From Deltaproteobacteria bacterium (GTDB lineage: Bacteria; Desulfobacterota_D; UBA1144; Nemesobacterales; CSP1-2): 64,000 nucleotides of DNA. The translations under genes and the position numbers were made by a program. The stretch spans positions 509,722 through 573,721 of the forward strand of contig JBQTHB010000002.1 in the NCBI GenBank assembly GCA_052390235.1, in the 5' to 3' direction. The notes below the pieces were generated by a model. That model was given only the letters and a program-made list of their open reading frames with translations, ran no database searches and was not told where the DNA came from. This document shows, piece after piece, positions 37,893 to 47,798 of this stretch; positions within the stretch are counted from its first letter, which is position 1; the number at the start of each line of letters is the position of its first letter.

Positions 37893-39032
37893 GTGAAAAT
37901 AATAAACATCGTTGGCGCGCGCCCGAATTTCGTAAAAATAGCATCTCTCATGGTTGAGATGATGAATCACCCTCGTATTAATCCCCTGCTCGTCCACACC
38001 GGACAGCACTATGATTACTCTATGTCCAAACTCTTTTTCGATAATCTCGGCATCCCGGAGCCGGATATTAACCTCGAAGTAGGCTCTGCTTCCCACGCCA
38101 CGCAGACGGCTCAGGTGATGCAACGGTTCGAGCCTGTGCTAATTTCCCAGAAGCCCGACCTCGTTCTCGTAGTGGGGGACGTAAATTCAACTATCGCCTG
38201 CTCGCTTACTGCGGTGAAGCTAGGAATAAAAGTCGCCCACGTGGAAGCCGGACTCAGGAGTTTCGACCGCGCAATGCCGGAGGAGATAAACCGAATCCTG
38301 ACCGACTCCATCTCGGATTTTTTATTCACTACCGAGAGGAGCGGCAATGAAAATTTAATGCGCGAAGGGGTATCGCCCGAGAAGATATTTTTTGTCGGCA
38401 ATACGATGATTGACTCCCTGATTAAGAACCGGGAAAAAGCGGCGGAATCCAAAATTTTAGAAACGCTCGGTCTAATCTCTGGAGAGGGTGTTTGTCCCTA
38501 TGCCGTACTAACCCTTCACCGCCCAAGCAACGTTGACGACGATGGGACTCTATCGAACATTCTCGGCGCGCTCTCTGAGGTCTCGAATCGTCTCCCGATA
38601 TTCTTCCCCATTCATCCCAGAACGAGAAAACGTATTGAAACCCTAGCCTTGGGGGATAAACCGATAAAATGGCTCGATAGGCTCGATAAAATACCCCAGA
38701 TGCGCGGGATATATCTCATAGAGCCGCAGGGCTATCTCGATTTCCTGCGAATGATGAGCCGCGCCAAGCTGGTTCTTACCGACTCTGGCGGGATTCAAGA
38801 AGAGACGACGGTATTGGGGATTCCCTGCCTCACGCTGAGGGAGAACACCGAGCGTCCTGTTACCGTAACCGAAGGCACAAATGTCATCGTCGGCGCTGAC
38901 GCGGGGCTTATAGTTAGGGAGAGCCTCAGGGCGATTGCCGGAGATGGAAAAACCGGACGAGCGCCTGAGCTGTGGGACGGCAACGCTTCCCAGAGAATAG
39001 TCAATATTTTAATTGATAAACTTTCAGGTTAA
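37893..39032 (+). CDS. wecB: UDP-N-acetylglucosamine 2-epimerase (non-hydrolysing)
   Basis: GARPNFVK, HTGQHYD, HVEAGLRS, TDSGGIQEE, TERP. Confidence 0.95.
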   Translation: MKIINIVGARPNFVKIASLMVEMMNHPRINPLLVHTGQHYDYSMSKLFFDNLGIPEPDINLEVGSASHATQTAQVMQRFEPVLISQKPDLVLVVGDVNSTIACSLTAVKLGIKVAHVEAGLRSFDRAMPEEINRILTDSISDFLFTTERSGNENLMREGVSPEKIFFVGNTMIDSLIKNREKAAESKILETLGLISGEGVCPYAVLTLHRPSNVDDDGTLSNILGALSEVSNRLPIFFPIHPRTRKRIETLALGDKPIKWLDRLDKIPQMRGIYLIEPQGYLDFLRMMSRAKLVLTDSGGIQEETTVLGIPCLTLRENTERPVTVTEGTNVIVGADAGLIVRESLRAIAGDGKTGRAPELWDGNASQRIVNILIDKLSG

Positions 39033-39044
39033 CATAAACCCAAG

Positions 39045-40058
39045 ATGGAATCCGTAATCTGCAACATCTGTAACTCCTCCGACACGCGCCTTCTCGTGGT
39101 AAAAAACTCCTACCGCGTCGTACAGTGCCGCATCTGCCGTTTGATCTACGTCAACCCCCGCCCAACCGAAGAAGAGCTAAAAGAGGTCTATTCCGAAGAG
39201 GGACAGCTCGGCAAGCAGCATCACATCAAAGAAGCCCGCTTCAATCAAATCCTCGATAATCTCGCGCAGTTTAAGCCCAGGGGCGGCAAAAAACTACTCG
39301 ATGTGGGATGCTCGCGGGGGATTTTTATGCGCTTGGCTCAGGGCAGGGGCTGGGAAGCCTCCGGTATTGACGTTGACCGCGAGACCATTGAATACGTGAG
39401 TCAGACCTATGGGCTGGAGGTATCCGTTGCGACGATAACGCAAAGCCCCTTTGCCGCAAAGAGCTTCGATGTTGTATCTATGCTCGATTCAATTGAACAC
39501 ATGCCAGACCCGCTCGCCTCGGTCGAGAGTGTCAGGAAAATATTGAGAGATGATGGAATCCTGCTTCTCAGAACCCCGAACGCCGATGGGCTTCTGCCTC
39601 GCCTGACGTACCTGCTTTTTGCTAAAACCCTCGGTTTCTGGGAGCATCCGGGCCCCCCTAAGCACGTCTATCAGTTCTCGACCGATACGATGAAGAAGCT
39701 CCTCCATAAAGCCGGATTTGAGATTGAGTTCATTGCGACCGATGAGATTTATGTTAGGTCAACCGTTGAGGAACTCGAAGAAGAGATGATTAGCGCGCTG
39801 AAGCGGGTTTTGAGAGGACTCCGAGGCGAGATAGTGAAACCCTCCGCGGCAGGCTCGAAACCTAAGCAGGAAAAAAAGCCGCCCTCATCCATGATGAAAG
39901 CGTCTTTGCCGAAGCGTGCGTTTAGGCTCTTTTTCCGCTCTCTGTCATCTGCGCTGGTGTATCCGGCTTACTTCGCCGCCCGAATGCTCGATATGGGGGA
40001 TTCCATGGTCGTCATCGCAAAAAAACGCATGGCGGATATTTCGGATTCCGGCGTATGA
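39045..40058 (+). CDS. Class I SAM-dependent methyltransferase with N-terminal zinc ribbon
   Basis: CxxC...CxxC, LLDVGCSRG, IEH..DP, TPN. Confidence 0.85.
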   Translation: MESVICNICNSSDTRLLVVKNSYRVVQCRICRLIYVNPRPTEEELKEVYSEEGQLGKQHHIKEARFNQILDNLAQFKPRGGKKLLDVGCSRGIFMRLAQGRGWEASGIDVDRETIEYVSQTYGLEVSVATITQSPFAAKSFDVVSMLDSIEHMPDPLASVESVRKILRDDGILLLRTPNADGLLPRLTYLLFAKTLGFWEHPGPPKHVYQFSTDTMKKLLHKAGFEIEFIATDEIYVRSTVEELEEEMISALKRVLRGLRGEIVKPSAAGSKPKQEKKPPSSMMKASLPKRAFRLFFRSLSSALVYPAYFAARMLDMGDSMVVIAKKRMADISDSGV

Positions 40059-40097
40059 CTCTTTTATAGGAAACCCTGCCTTAGCTCGGCTCTCTCG

Positions 40098-41177
40098 ATG
40101 AATATACTCCATCTCATTGACGATTTAGACTACGGGGGCGCCCAGCAGGTGGTGGTGGATTTGGTTTGCTCGTCAACAAAATTCACCCCTATTGTCTGCT
40201 CCCTTAGCGATGGGCCCCTCATTGGCGTTTTGCGCCGCAAGGGGATTGACACTCTAGTCATTCGCAAGACGCGCTCTTTCGACCTCTCGCTTATTTATAA
40301 ATTAATCTGCTTGGTTCGCCAAAAAAAAATCCGCCTAATACACTCTCACCTGCTGATTTCCGATATTTACGGCTGGATTGCGTCTGCGATGGCGAGGATT
40401 CCGAATGTGATTACGGTGCATGGCATAGGGATTACGAATTTTAAATACGGCAGGCGCGCCTTTCGGTTTGCCGCCGCTAGGAGCAGCGCTGCGGTTGTGG
40501 TGTCGAGGGATATGAAAGCGTCTCTTGCCGGTATTCTGGGGATGAAGCCGGAAGCGTTTCGAGTTGTGTATAACGGGGTGAATTTGGCGGCGTTCTCAGG
40601 CGCATTTCCGGTAAAATCCGATGACGCCCCCCTCGTGGTGGGTAGCGTTGGGACTCTGAGACCCGTGAAGGGGTATGAATATCTCATTGCGGCGGCGGCT
40701 ATTGTGCGGCGCGAATTTCCGAGGGTTAAATTTGTAATTGTGGGAGATGGCCCGCTGCGCGGCAGCCTTGAGGGGACGGCGCGCAGGCTCGGATTGGTTG
40801 GAAATATCGAATTTTTGGGATTCAGAAGCGATATAGCGCAGCTGCTCCAGACGTTCGATATTTTTGCTCTGTCCTCTCTTACGGAGGGGGTTTCAATTTC
40901 GATACTAGAGGCGATGGCGGCTTCTAAGCCCGTTATTGCAACTGATGTAGGAGGAAACCCAGAGGTAGTTGAAAACGGGAAGACGGGAATCCTCACCCCG
41001 AGCCAAAATCCTGAGAAAATGGCTGAGGCAATTGCGCTTCTGCTCAAAAACCGGCAGATGAGAACAGAATTCGCCGCCGCAGCCAGAGAAAGGGTGGAGC
41101 GGCTTTTCTCGCTGGATGCGATGATTAATGGATACGATGAAATTTACTCAGGCATTCTAGGCGTTGTAAAATCATAG
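40098..41177 (+). CDS. GT4 glycosyltransferase
   Basis: GGAQQ, YNGV, EGVSISILEAMA. Confidence 0.92.
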   Translation: MNILHLIDDLDYGGAQQVVVDLVCSSTKFTPIVCSLSDGPLIGVLRRKGIDTLVIRKTRSFDLSLIYKLICLVRQKKIRLIHSHLLISDIYGWIASAMARIPNVITVHGIGITNFKYGRRAFRFAAARSSAAVVVSRDMKASLAGILGMKPEAFRVVYNGVNLAAFSGAFPVKSDDAPLVVGSVGTLRPVKGYEYLIAAAAIVRREFPRVKFVIVGDGPLRGSLEGTARRLGLVGNIEFLGFRSDIAQLLQTFDIFALSSLTEGVSISILEAMAASKPVIATDVGGNPEVVENGKTGILTPSQNPEKMAEAIALLLKNRQMRTEFAAAARERVERLFSLDAMINGYDEIYSGILGVVKS

Positions 41178-41288
41178 GACTGGGCGGCTATAGGGAATTT
41201 ATAGGAGTGTCGAAGATGGTGGGGGCACCCCTCGCTAACTCTGGCGCAAGCCCCCTCCGGGACATAATCTGATGTGGACAGGAGATAA

Positions 41289-42500
41289 ATGAAAATTCTC
41301 GTTTTAACGAGCCTGTTTCCAAATCCTAAACAGCCCTTGCACGGGATATTCGTGAAAAAAAGGGTGTTGCAGATGGCAAAATTTGCCGAGGTCAAGGTCG
41401 TCGCGCCCGTACCATGGGCTCCTTTTGCCGGATATTTCAGCCGGAGGTATGAGTTTCTCGGCGACATCCCAGCGCGCGAGGAGCAGGACGGCTTGGAGGT
41501 TCTCCATCCGAGATTCCTAGCCACGCCTAAAGTGGGCAGGTCTCTGCACGGGCTAATGTATTTCTGCTCTCTTTACCGGTTTATAAAAGCCCTGCAAAGG
41601 GAGTATAATTTCGATATGCTCGACGTTCACTTCGCCTATCCCGACGGTTTCGCCGGGGCGATGATTGCAAAGCTCCTCAACAAACCCGTCTCGGTAACCG
41701 TTCGAGGCACGGACGTTAATCTGTACCCAAAGTACCTGCTTCACCGCAAGCAAATCGCCTATTCGCTTGGGGAGTCAAATCTCGTTATAGGGGTGTGCAA
41801 AGCCCTGACCGACGAAGCCAGCACGCTCGGAGTTTCGGCTGAGAAGTTAAGGGTCATCCAAAACGGCGTGAGTCCTTCGGAGTTTTATCCCGCTGATAAA
41901 ATCCAATCGAGAGCTGAACTTGGGCTTCCGAGGGATAAGAAAATAATTCTTTCCGTGGGGCATCTGGTCGAGAGAAAGGGGTTTCATCATATCCTTGACG
42001 CCGCGCGCATAATGGTCTCGGATTTTGGTATGAATGATACGTTTGTGGTTATAGTGGGCGAGGGGGAGTATCGCCGCGAGCTTGAGTCCCAGATAGGGCG
42101 GCAGGGGCTGGCATCCCGCGTGAAGCTCGCAGGGGCAATACCCAATTTAGATCTCTACAAGTGGTACAGCGCGGCGGATGTGTTCTGCCTTGCGAGTTCC
42201 CGCGAGGGGTGGCCCAATGTGATTTTAGAGGCATTTGCGTGCGGGTCTCCTGTGGTGGCGACTAAAATCTGGGGAACGCCTGAGGCAGTCTGCTCGCCCG
42301 AATACGGGATATTGGTCGAGAAGCGCGAAGGCGGGGCTTTAGCAGGCGCGCTCTCAGCCGCCCTCAATACCCAATGGGATAGAGACAAAATCATAGCCTA
42401 CGCGCGCGCTAACACATGGGAAGAGGTCGGCAGAAGGGTCGTAAATGAGTTCGCCCTCACCCTTAGCGGGCAGTTTCACCACAAGGCGGGCAATGGATAA
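41289..42500 (+). CDS. GT4 glycosyltransferase (TuaC-like)
   Basis: LFPNP..P.HGIFV, HFAYPDG, RGTD, EGWPNVILEA. Confidence 0.92.
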   Translation: MKILVLTSLFPNPKQPLHGIFVKKRVLQMAKFAEVKVVAPVPWAPFAGYFSRRYEFLGDIPAREEQDGLEVLHPRFLATPKVGRSLHGLMYFCSLYRFIKALQREYNFDMLDVHFAYPDGFAGAMIAKLLNKPVSVTVRGTDVNLYPKYLLHRKQIAYSLGESNLVIGVCKALTDEASTLGVSAEKLRVIQNGVSPSEFYPADKIQSRAELGLPRDKKIILSVGHLVERKGFHHILDAARIMVSDFGMNDTFVVIVGEGEYRRELESQIGRQGLASRVKLAGAIPNLDLYKWYSAADVFCLASSREGWPNVILEAFACGSPVVATKIWGTPEAVCSPEYGILVEKREGGALAGALSAALNTQWDRDKIIAYARANTWEEVGRRVVNEFALTLSGQFHHKAGNG

Positions 42501-43507
42501 TGCCGAAGATAAGCGTCGTAGTACCAGCTTATAATTCCGCCCGCTACCTTGCCGAAGCCGTAGAAAGCGTCATTGCTCAGACATTTGCGGATTGGGAGGC
42601 GACTGTCGTTGACGACGGCTCTACGGATAACACGAGGGAAGTTTTAGCCCCCTATCTGGATAGAATAAATTATATCTATCAGCAAAACGCGGGCCCCGGC
42701 AGGGCGCGCAATACGGGCATCGAGGCGTCAACCGGAAAGTACATAGCCTTTATGGACGCAGACGACGTGTGGACGGCTGATAAACTGCAAATTCAGTCCG
42801 ATTTTCTCGACGCCAACCCCGATGTCCACTTCATCTTCGCCAACGATTTTGTCGTTAGCCAAGACGGAGGGTTGCTCTACACCGGGCATCCGAAGTGGGA
42901 GTGCATCTATGAAATCCCGCAGGTTAGCCTCGGCGGGACGAATAAAAAATTCACCCATAGCATATTTGCCGCCCTCATTCGCCACAGCTTTATCCCCACC
43001 TCAACCGTCGTCGTGAGGCGGGAATGCCTAGATGATGCCGGATATTTCGACGAGGGGATATTGAATGGACAGGATTTAGAACTCTGGTGGCGGCTCTCTC
43101 GCAGGTACAACGCTGGCTTCACCGACCTGCATCTGTCCAAATACAGGGTGCATAGCTCGAACTTCTCCGCAGACTCCGAGAGGAAATTTACCAATGCCCT
43201 CCGGCTCATGAGAACCCTCGCCGCTTACCCTGACATTGACGCCGAGACGGCCGCGCTAATAAATCGCAGGTTCGCAAGAACCCATTTTGAGTTCGGATAT
43301 TTCTATTTCGCGCGCGATAATATGCCCTCGGCAAGAGAGCAGTTCCTGCTAAGCCTTAGGTACCGCCCTGCATCGCCGAAGACCCTCGCCTTGCTTGCCG
43401 GGAGCTGTCTGCCTTCATCTGCCGTGAAAGCCCTGAGGAGAATTAGAAATATCATGGGCGGAAATTCAAATTCCAATAGCCGTAAAATTAAATCCACGAC
43501 CCCGTAA
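42500..43507 (+). CDS. GT2 glycosyltransferase
   Basis: SVVVPAYN, VDDGSTD, ARNTG, FMDADD. Confidence 0.93.
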   Translation: MPKISVVVPAYNSARYLAEAVESVIAQTFADWEATVVDDGSTDNTREVLAPYLDRINYIYQQNAGPGRARNTGIEASTGKYIAFMDADDVWTADKLQIQSDFLDANPDVHFIFANDFVVSQDGGLLYTGHPKWECIYEIPQVSLGGTNKKFTHSIFAALIRHSFIPTSTVVVRRECLDDAGYFDEGILNGQDLELWWRLSRRYNAGFTDLHLSKYRVHSSNFSADSERKFTNALRLMRTLAAYPDIDAETAALINRRFARTHFEFGYFYFARDNMPSAREQFLLSLRYRPASPKTLALLAGSCLPSSAVKALRRIRNIMGGNSNSNSRKIKSTTP

Positions 43508-43527
43508 AGAGATAGGAGCGCCCTCCA

Positions 43528-44550
43528 ATTTTAGTCCGCGAAGCCGATATAGTTCAATCAGGCGATGAAATAACCGAATTCCTCCGCGCCAATCTCACCG
43601 ACAAAGCGGATAGGGATTTCTTCATCTGGCGCTATAGGGATAACCCCTATGGCAGGGCGAGGGCGTGGATGGCTTCGGAGAGCGGCGCGCTAATTGGGGT
43701 TGCGGCGGCGTTCCCTCGGCTTGCGCGCGTGCGAGGACGGGGGGATGTGATTTGCTGGAACTTGGGGGATTTTGCCGTGCGGGCGGATTTCAGAAGCCTG
43801 GGCCCTGGGCTAATGCTCCAGAGAGCCTGCGTCGCTCCTGTATTGGCGGGGGAGATTCCTTTTTGTTACGACCATCCGAACCGCAGGATGCTTGCCATTT
43901 ACAAGAGAATGGGAATCGCTCAGACGGGCGAGGTTTTCAGATTCGCAAAGCCCCTTAGGGTTGACTCTAAGATAGAGCGCGCCATTGGCGCAGGGGCGCA
44001 CGCCAGCATAGCTAAAGCGGCGGGGAATGCGCTGCTATCGCTGAGGGATTTTAGCATCAGCGGCGACGGTGAATTCGGCGTCCACGAAGGGAGATTCGCG
44101 GGGGAGTTCTCGGTGTTTGATGAGAGTGTTTTGGGGGCGCTTGCGGTCTATGGCAGACGCGCGGCAGAGTATCTGAATTGGCGCTATCTGGATAATCCCT
44201 GTCGCCGCTATGAAGTCTTCACGCTTCGCCGCGGTGGGAGGCTTGTTGCGTACTCGGTTATTACCGTAAATAATAATACCGAGGCGATAGCCGTAGAGCT
44301 TATGGGGAGCGGCAAGGAGATGAGGCATTTGCTAAGGGCATTGTCGGGGGCGCTGCGGGGGCGTGGAATTGAGGCTCTCAGCGTGATGGCTCTCGGGGCT
44401 TCGGCGCTTGCGTCGTTTCTTGGGAAGAGCGGATTCTATAGGCGGGAGAGCGCGCCTTTTGTCGTATGCGCCGCCACAGGGAGCGAGATCGGGGATTTGG
44501 CGCGGGATGCGGGGAATTGGTTTCTAACTCACGGAGACCAGGATTTATGA
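43528..44550 (+). CDS. GNAT/FemAB-like tandem acyltransferase (start extended upstream of the ORF-track ATG 43669)
   Basis: Frame open from 43516; the extension encodes FIWRYRDNPYG, mirrored by LNWRYLDNP in the second half; DFAVRADFRSLG acyl-donor motif; ends GDQDL. Confidence 0.8.
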   Translation: MLVREADIVQSGDEITEFLRANLTDKADRDFFIWRYRDNPYGRARAWMASESGALIGVAAAFPRLARVRGRGDVICWNLGDFAVRADFRSLGPGLMLQRACVAPVLAGEIPFCYDHPNRRMLAIYKRMGIAQTGEVFRFAKPLRVDSKIERAIGAGAHASIAKAAGNALLSLRDFSISGDGEFGVHEGRFAGEFSVFDESVLGALAVYGRRAAEYLNWRYLDNPCRRYEVFTLRRGGRLVAYSVITVNNNTEAIAVELMGSGKEMRHLLRALSGALRGRGIEALSVMALGASALASFLGKSGFYRRESAPFVVCAATGSEIGDLARDAGNWFLTHGDQDL

Positions 44551-44580
44551 TTTTACTATCGCTTACGGGATGGAGAGAAT

Positions 44581-44841
44581 ATGTTGAACGGGATTTTGGG
44601 TCAAATTAAGCTTTTTATCTTAAAAAACTTCCCACTCGCAAAGGGGATTTCAATTACCGATGAGCAGTCGCTTCTCGACACAGGGGTTATTGACTCTGTC
44701 GGGATATTGGAGATTGTCAATTTTGTGCAGGAAGAGTTCGGCGTGATGGTCGAGGACGAAGAGCTTGTGCCTGAGAATTTTCAATCAATCCTGAGCATAG
44801 CCGGATTTGTCGAGAAAAAGCTAGGCGGCGCTCACGCATAA
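44581..44841 (+). CDS. Acyl carrier protein
   Basis: GVIDSVGILEI phosphopantetheine Ser; FG..V.DEEL.PENF. Confidence 0.92.
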   Translation: MLNGILGQIKLFILKNFPLAKGISITDEQSLLDTGVIDSVGILEIVNFVQEEFGVMVEDEELVPENFQSILSIAGFVEKKLGGAHA

Positions 44842-44887
44842 ATCCTGGCGCAATTAAAGCGGCCTGGCAAGAAGGATTCACTGCAAA

Positions 44888-46474
44888 ATGAACTACTTAA
44901 TTCATCACTTTCTGGATTCGAGCGCGAAATCCTGCCCGGATAAAGAGGCGATTGTCCATGGGCGGGAGCGCGTTTCATACTCCCGGCTCTCGGCGCTCTC
45001 AAACCGCTTTGCAAACGCATTTCTGGGCTTGGGGCTGAGGCGTGGAGACAGAGTTGCCGTGCTTCTCGAAAAGGACGTATATCAGGTAGTCTCGATTCTA
45101 GCGACTTCCAAAGCGGGCGGAGTTTTTGTGCCGATAAATCACCTCTTGTTTCCCGACCAGATAAAGCACATCCTAAACGACTGCAAGGTCAAGGGGATTG
45201 TCGCTTCGCAGGGAAAGCTCGCCTCGCTTGGGGATGTAAGGGCGGAAATACCGTCTCTGCGATTCGCGGTTCTGCCGGAGGAGCCATCTGGCTCGGAGCA
45301 TCCCGTCCTACAAACGCTTGGCATCCCCTCTATTCTCCAGTCCCAAAGCCCTGAGGCTCCGAGTAATAAGTGCATTAGCGGCGATATTGCCTCGATTCTC
45401 TACACATCAGGCTCTACGGGCAGACCCAAGGGAGTCGTTCTGACCCACGCAAACCTCATGGCAGGATCTCGTATTGTCTCAAAATATCTCAAAATCACTG
45501 AAAATGAGAGGATTTTAAGCATTCTCCCCTTTAATTTTGATTATGGCTTGAATCAGCTTATAACGGCGCTTCAAAACGGGGCGACGTTGGCTCTCCTCAC
45601 TTTTCGATTCCCTGACGAGATAGTCCAAGCCCTGATAAAGGAGAGAATCACCGCTCTTGCGGGCGTGCCTCCACTGTGGAGTCTCATCACTCAGCCCAGT
45701 TCCTCGTTTCATCGCTACGAATTCCCCGACCTGGGATATGTTACAAATTCCGGCGGGGCGCTTCCAATTACTGTGGTTGAAGCCCTTAAAAAAGCGCTTC
45801 CTAAAGCCAGAATATATCTCATGTACGGACTCACCGAGGCGTTTCGCTCTACATATCTCCCCCCGGAAGAGTTGGACAGAAGGCCCGCTTCGATGGGCAG
45901 GGCTATTCCAGATACGGAAATTTTTGTCGTCAACGAGCATAACGAGCTGTGCAAGCCGGGAGAGCCGGGGGAGCTGGTTCACAGGGGACCTACTGTCTCC
46001 CTCGGATACTGGGGACAGCCCGAAACCACCGACCTGGCGCTTCGCCCAAACCCTTTTGTGTCGCCGGAACTTCAGCTCACCGAGCGGGTCTGCTATTCGG
46101 GCGATATTGTTAGGATGGACGACGAGGGGTTTCTGTACTTCATTGGCAGAAGGGACGCGACCATCAAATCTTCGGGTTATAGGATAAGCCCCACGGAGGT
46201 TGAAGAGGTGATATATGCTACCGGCTGGGTACGGGAAGCGGCGGCAATAGGGGTTGCTGACGAGGTTCTGGGGCAGTACATAAGGGTATTTGTCGCGCTC
46301 AATAAAACGGACATCAGCGCGGAGGATATTCTCATTCACTGCGCGCGGAAGATGCCCAGATACATGATACCCAAAGAGATTGAGATTCTGCCGGAGCTTC
46401 CGAAGACGAGTAGCGGCAAAATCAACTACCCCGCGCTCAAGGCGCTTCAGACGCAAAAAAAAGAGGATAAATAG
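44888..46474 (+). CDS. Adenylate-forming ligase (exosortase A-associated acyl-CoA ligase family)
   Basis: YTSGSTGRPKG, FDYG, MYGLTEAFRST, SGD, GRRD, PKTSSGK. Confidence 0.92.
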   Translation: MNYLIHHFLDSSAKSCPDKEAIVHGRERVSYSRLSALSNRFANAFLGLGLRRGDRVAVLLEKDVYQVVSILATSKAGGVFVPINHLLFPDQIKHILNDCKVKGIVASQGKLASLGDVRAEIPSLRFAVLPEEPSGSEHPVLQTLGIPSILQSQSPEAPSNKCISGDIASILYTSGSTGRPKGVVLTHANLMAGSRIVSKYLKITENERILSILPFNFDYGLNQLITALQNGATLALLTFRFPDEIVQALIKERITALAGVPPLWSLITQPSSSFHRYEFPDLGYVTNSGGALPITVVEALKKALPKARIYLMYGLTEAFRSTYLPPEELDRRPASMGRAIPDTEIFVVNEHNELCKPGEPGELVHRGPTVSLGYWGQPETTDLALRPNPFVSPELQLTERVCYSGDIVRMDDEGFLYFIGRRDATIKSSGYRISPTEVEEVIYATGWVREAAAIGVADEVLGQYIRVFVALNKTDISAEDILIHCARKMPRYMIPKEIEILPELPKTSSGKINYPALKALQTQKKEDK

Positions 46475-46485
46475 AGACCCCCACC

Positions 46486-47790
46486 ATGACCGATGCTCTT
46501 AGTTTAGTGGATAGGCGCTTTGCCTCTGAAGGCGGCGAGCTTTTGATAGGAGGGGTTAGGGTAAGCGAGATAGTCGCCCGTTTTGGGACGCCTGTTTTTG
46601 TTTACGACCTTGGGATAATAGAGGGGAAGTTAAAACTGCTCCGCTCGGCGCTTCCATCGCAATTCAGTGTGTATTATTCGATAAAAGCCAACCCGAACCG
46701 CTCGATACTTCAGTATTTTATCTCCCAGGGGTGCGGGCTAGAGGTCGCTTCGGGCGGAGAATTTTATCAGGCGATGCAGGCGGGATGCCCTTCTGGAGAT
46801 ATATTATTTGCGGGGCCCGGGAAGAGTGCCGAGGAGATTGAGTACGTCATTGGAAGCGGCATTGGCGAGATACACGTCGAGTCAGCAGAGGAGCTGGATT
46901 TGATTGCCGCTATTGCATTAAATCAGAATAAAACACAGAATATAGCCTTACGGATAAACCCCAGCGAAGAAGCACAGGGCGGGGCAATGAGAATGGGCGG
47001 CAGGGCCTCAGCTTTCGGAATTGACGAGGAGAGACTCGAAGAGATAATACAAAAAACGCTAGCAAAAAAAAGCGTGAGATTCACAGGAGTGCATCTATTT
47101 ACCGGAACTCAGGTGCTAGATAAAAACATCCTGCTAAAGCAATATAAAAAAGGCATCGAGATAGCTCATAGGGCGTCGGCCATATCCGGCATCCCCATCT
47201 CAACCCTAGATTTTGGCGGAGGGCTCGGAGTGCCATATTTCACAAACGAATCCGAGCTTGACATCCTAGGGTTCGGAGCAGAACTAGGCAAATTAATATC
47301 CGAAAACATTGCCAGCCCAAACCTGCGAGATACAAAATTCATCGTCGAGCCGGGGAGATATTTAGCCGCCGAAAGTGGAATCTACATCGCCAAAGTAAAC
47401 TACGTGAAAGAGTCGAGGGGCAAGAGGTTTCTCATACTCGATGGGGGCATGAACCATCACCTAGCGGCGTCCGGCAATTTAGGACAGGTACTGAAGAGAA
47501 ATTTTCCAGTGGCGGTATTAAATAGATTAGACCAGCCAAGGAGTGCATCTTACGACATAGTAGGGCCGCTCTGCACGCCGCTCGATACAATTGCCCGCGA
47601 CGCTGCGCTGCCGGCATCCACGGCGGGAGACTTAATAGGTGTTTTTCAATCAGGGGCATACGCAAGAGCGGCAAGCCCGCTCGGATTCCTAAGCCACCCA
47701 TCGCCGCCTGAGGCGCTAGTTGCCAGCGGAGAGGCAAAGTTAATCCGCCGGCGGGGAACTTACGCAGACATAACGGGGGATTTATCCTGA
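46486..47790 (+). CDS. PLP-dependent fold-III decarboxylase (BtrK/diaminopimelate decarboxylase-like, exosortase A-associated)
   Basis: YSIKANP, AGPGK, DFGGGLG, EPGRY, DGGMNHHLAASGNLGQV, GPLCTPLD. Confidence 0.92.
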   Translation: MTDALSLVDRRFASEGGELLIGGVRVSEIVARFGTPVFVYDLGIIEGKLKLLRSALPSQFSVYYSIKANPNRSILQYFISQGCGLEVASGGEFYQAMQAGCPSGDILFAGPGKSAEEIEYVIGSGIGEIHVESAEELDLIAAIALNQNKTQNIALRINPSEEAQGGAMRMGGRASAFGIDEERLEEIIQKTLAKKSVRFTGVHLFTGTQVLDKNILLKQYKKGIEIAHRASAISGIPISTLDFGGGLGVPYFTNESELDILGFGAELGKLISENIASPNLRDTKFIVEPGRYLAAESGIYIAKVNYVKESRGKRFLILDGGMNHHLAASGNLGQVLKRNFPVAVLNRLDQPRSASYDIVGPLCTPLDTIARDAALPASTAGDLIGVFQSGAYARAASPLGFLSHPSPPEALVASGEAKLIRRRGTYADITGDLS

Positions 47791-47798
47791 AACGAAAA

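Noticed and set aside
43441..43515. Stop-codon readthrough or fusion of the GT2 into the GNAT
   Set aside because: The two genes are in different frames, several stops lie upstream in the GNAT frame, and there is no obvious slippery site
45515..46456. 313-aa antisense ORF, and other long antisense ORFs such as 14581-15243, 40367-41047 and 36676-37248
   Set aside because: They are shadows of well-supported genes on the opposite strand, with no recognisable motifs
46486..47790. Calling this gene housekeeping lysA
   Set aside because: The HHLAASGNLGQ and CTPLD motifs and the ACP/ligase context fit the BtrK-like, exosortase-associated subfamily
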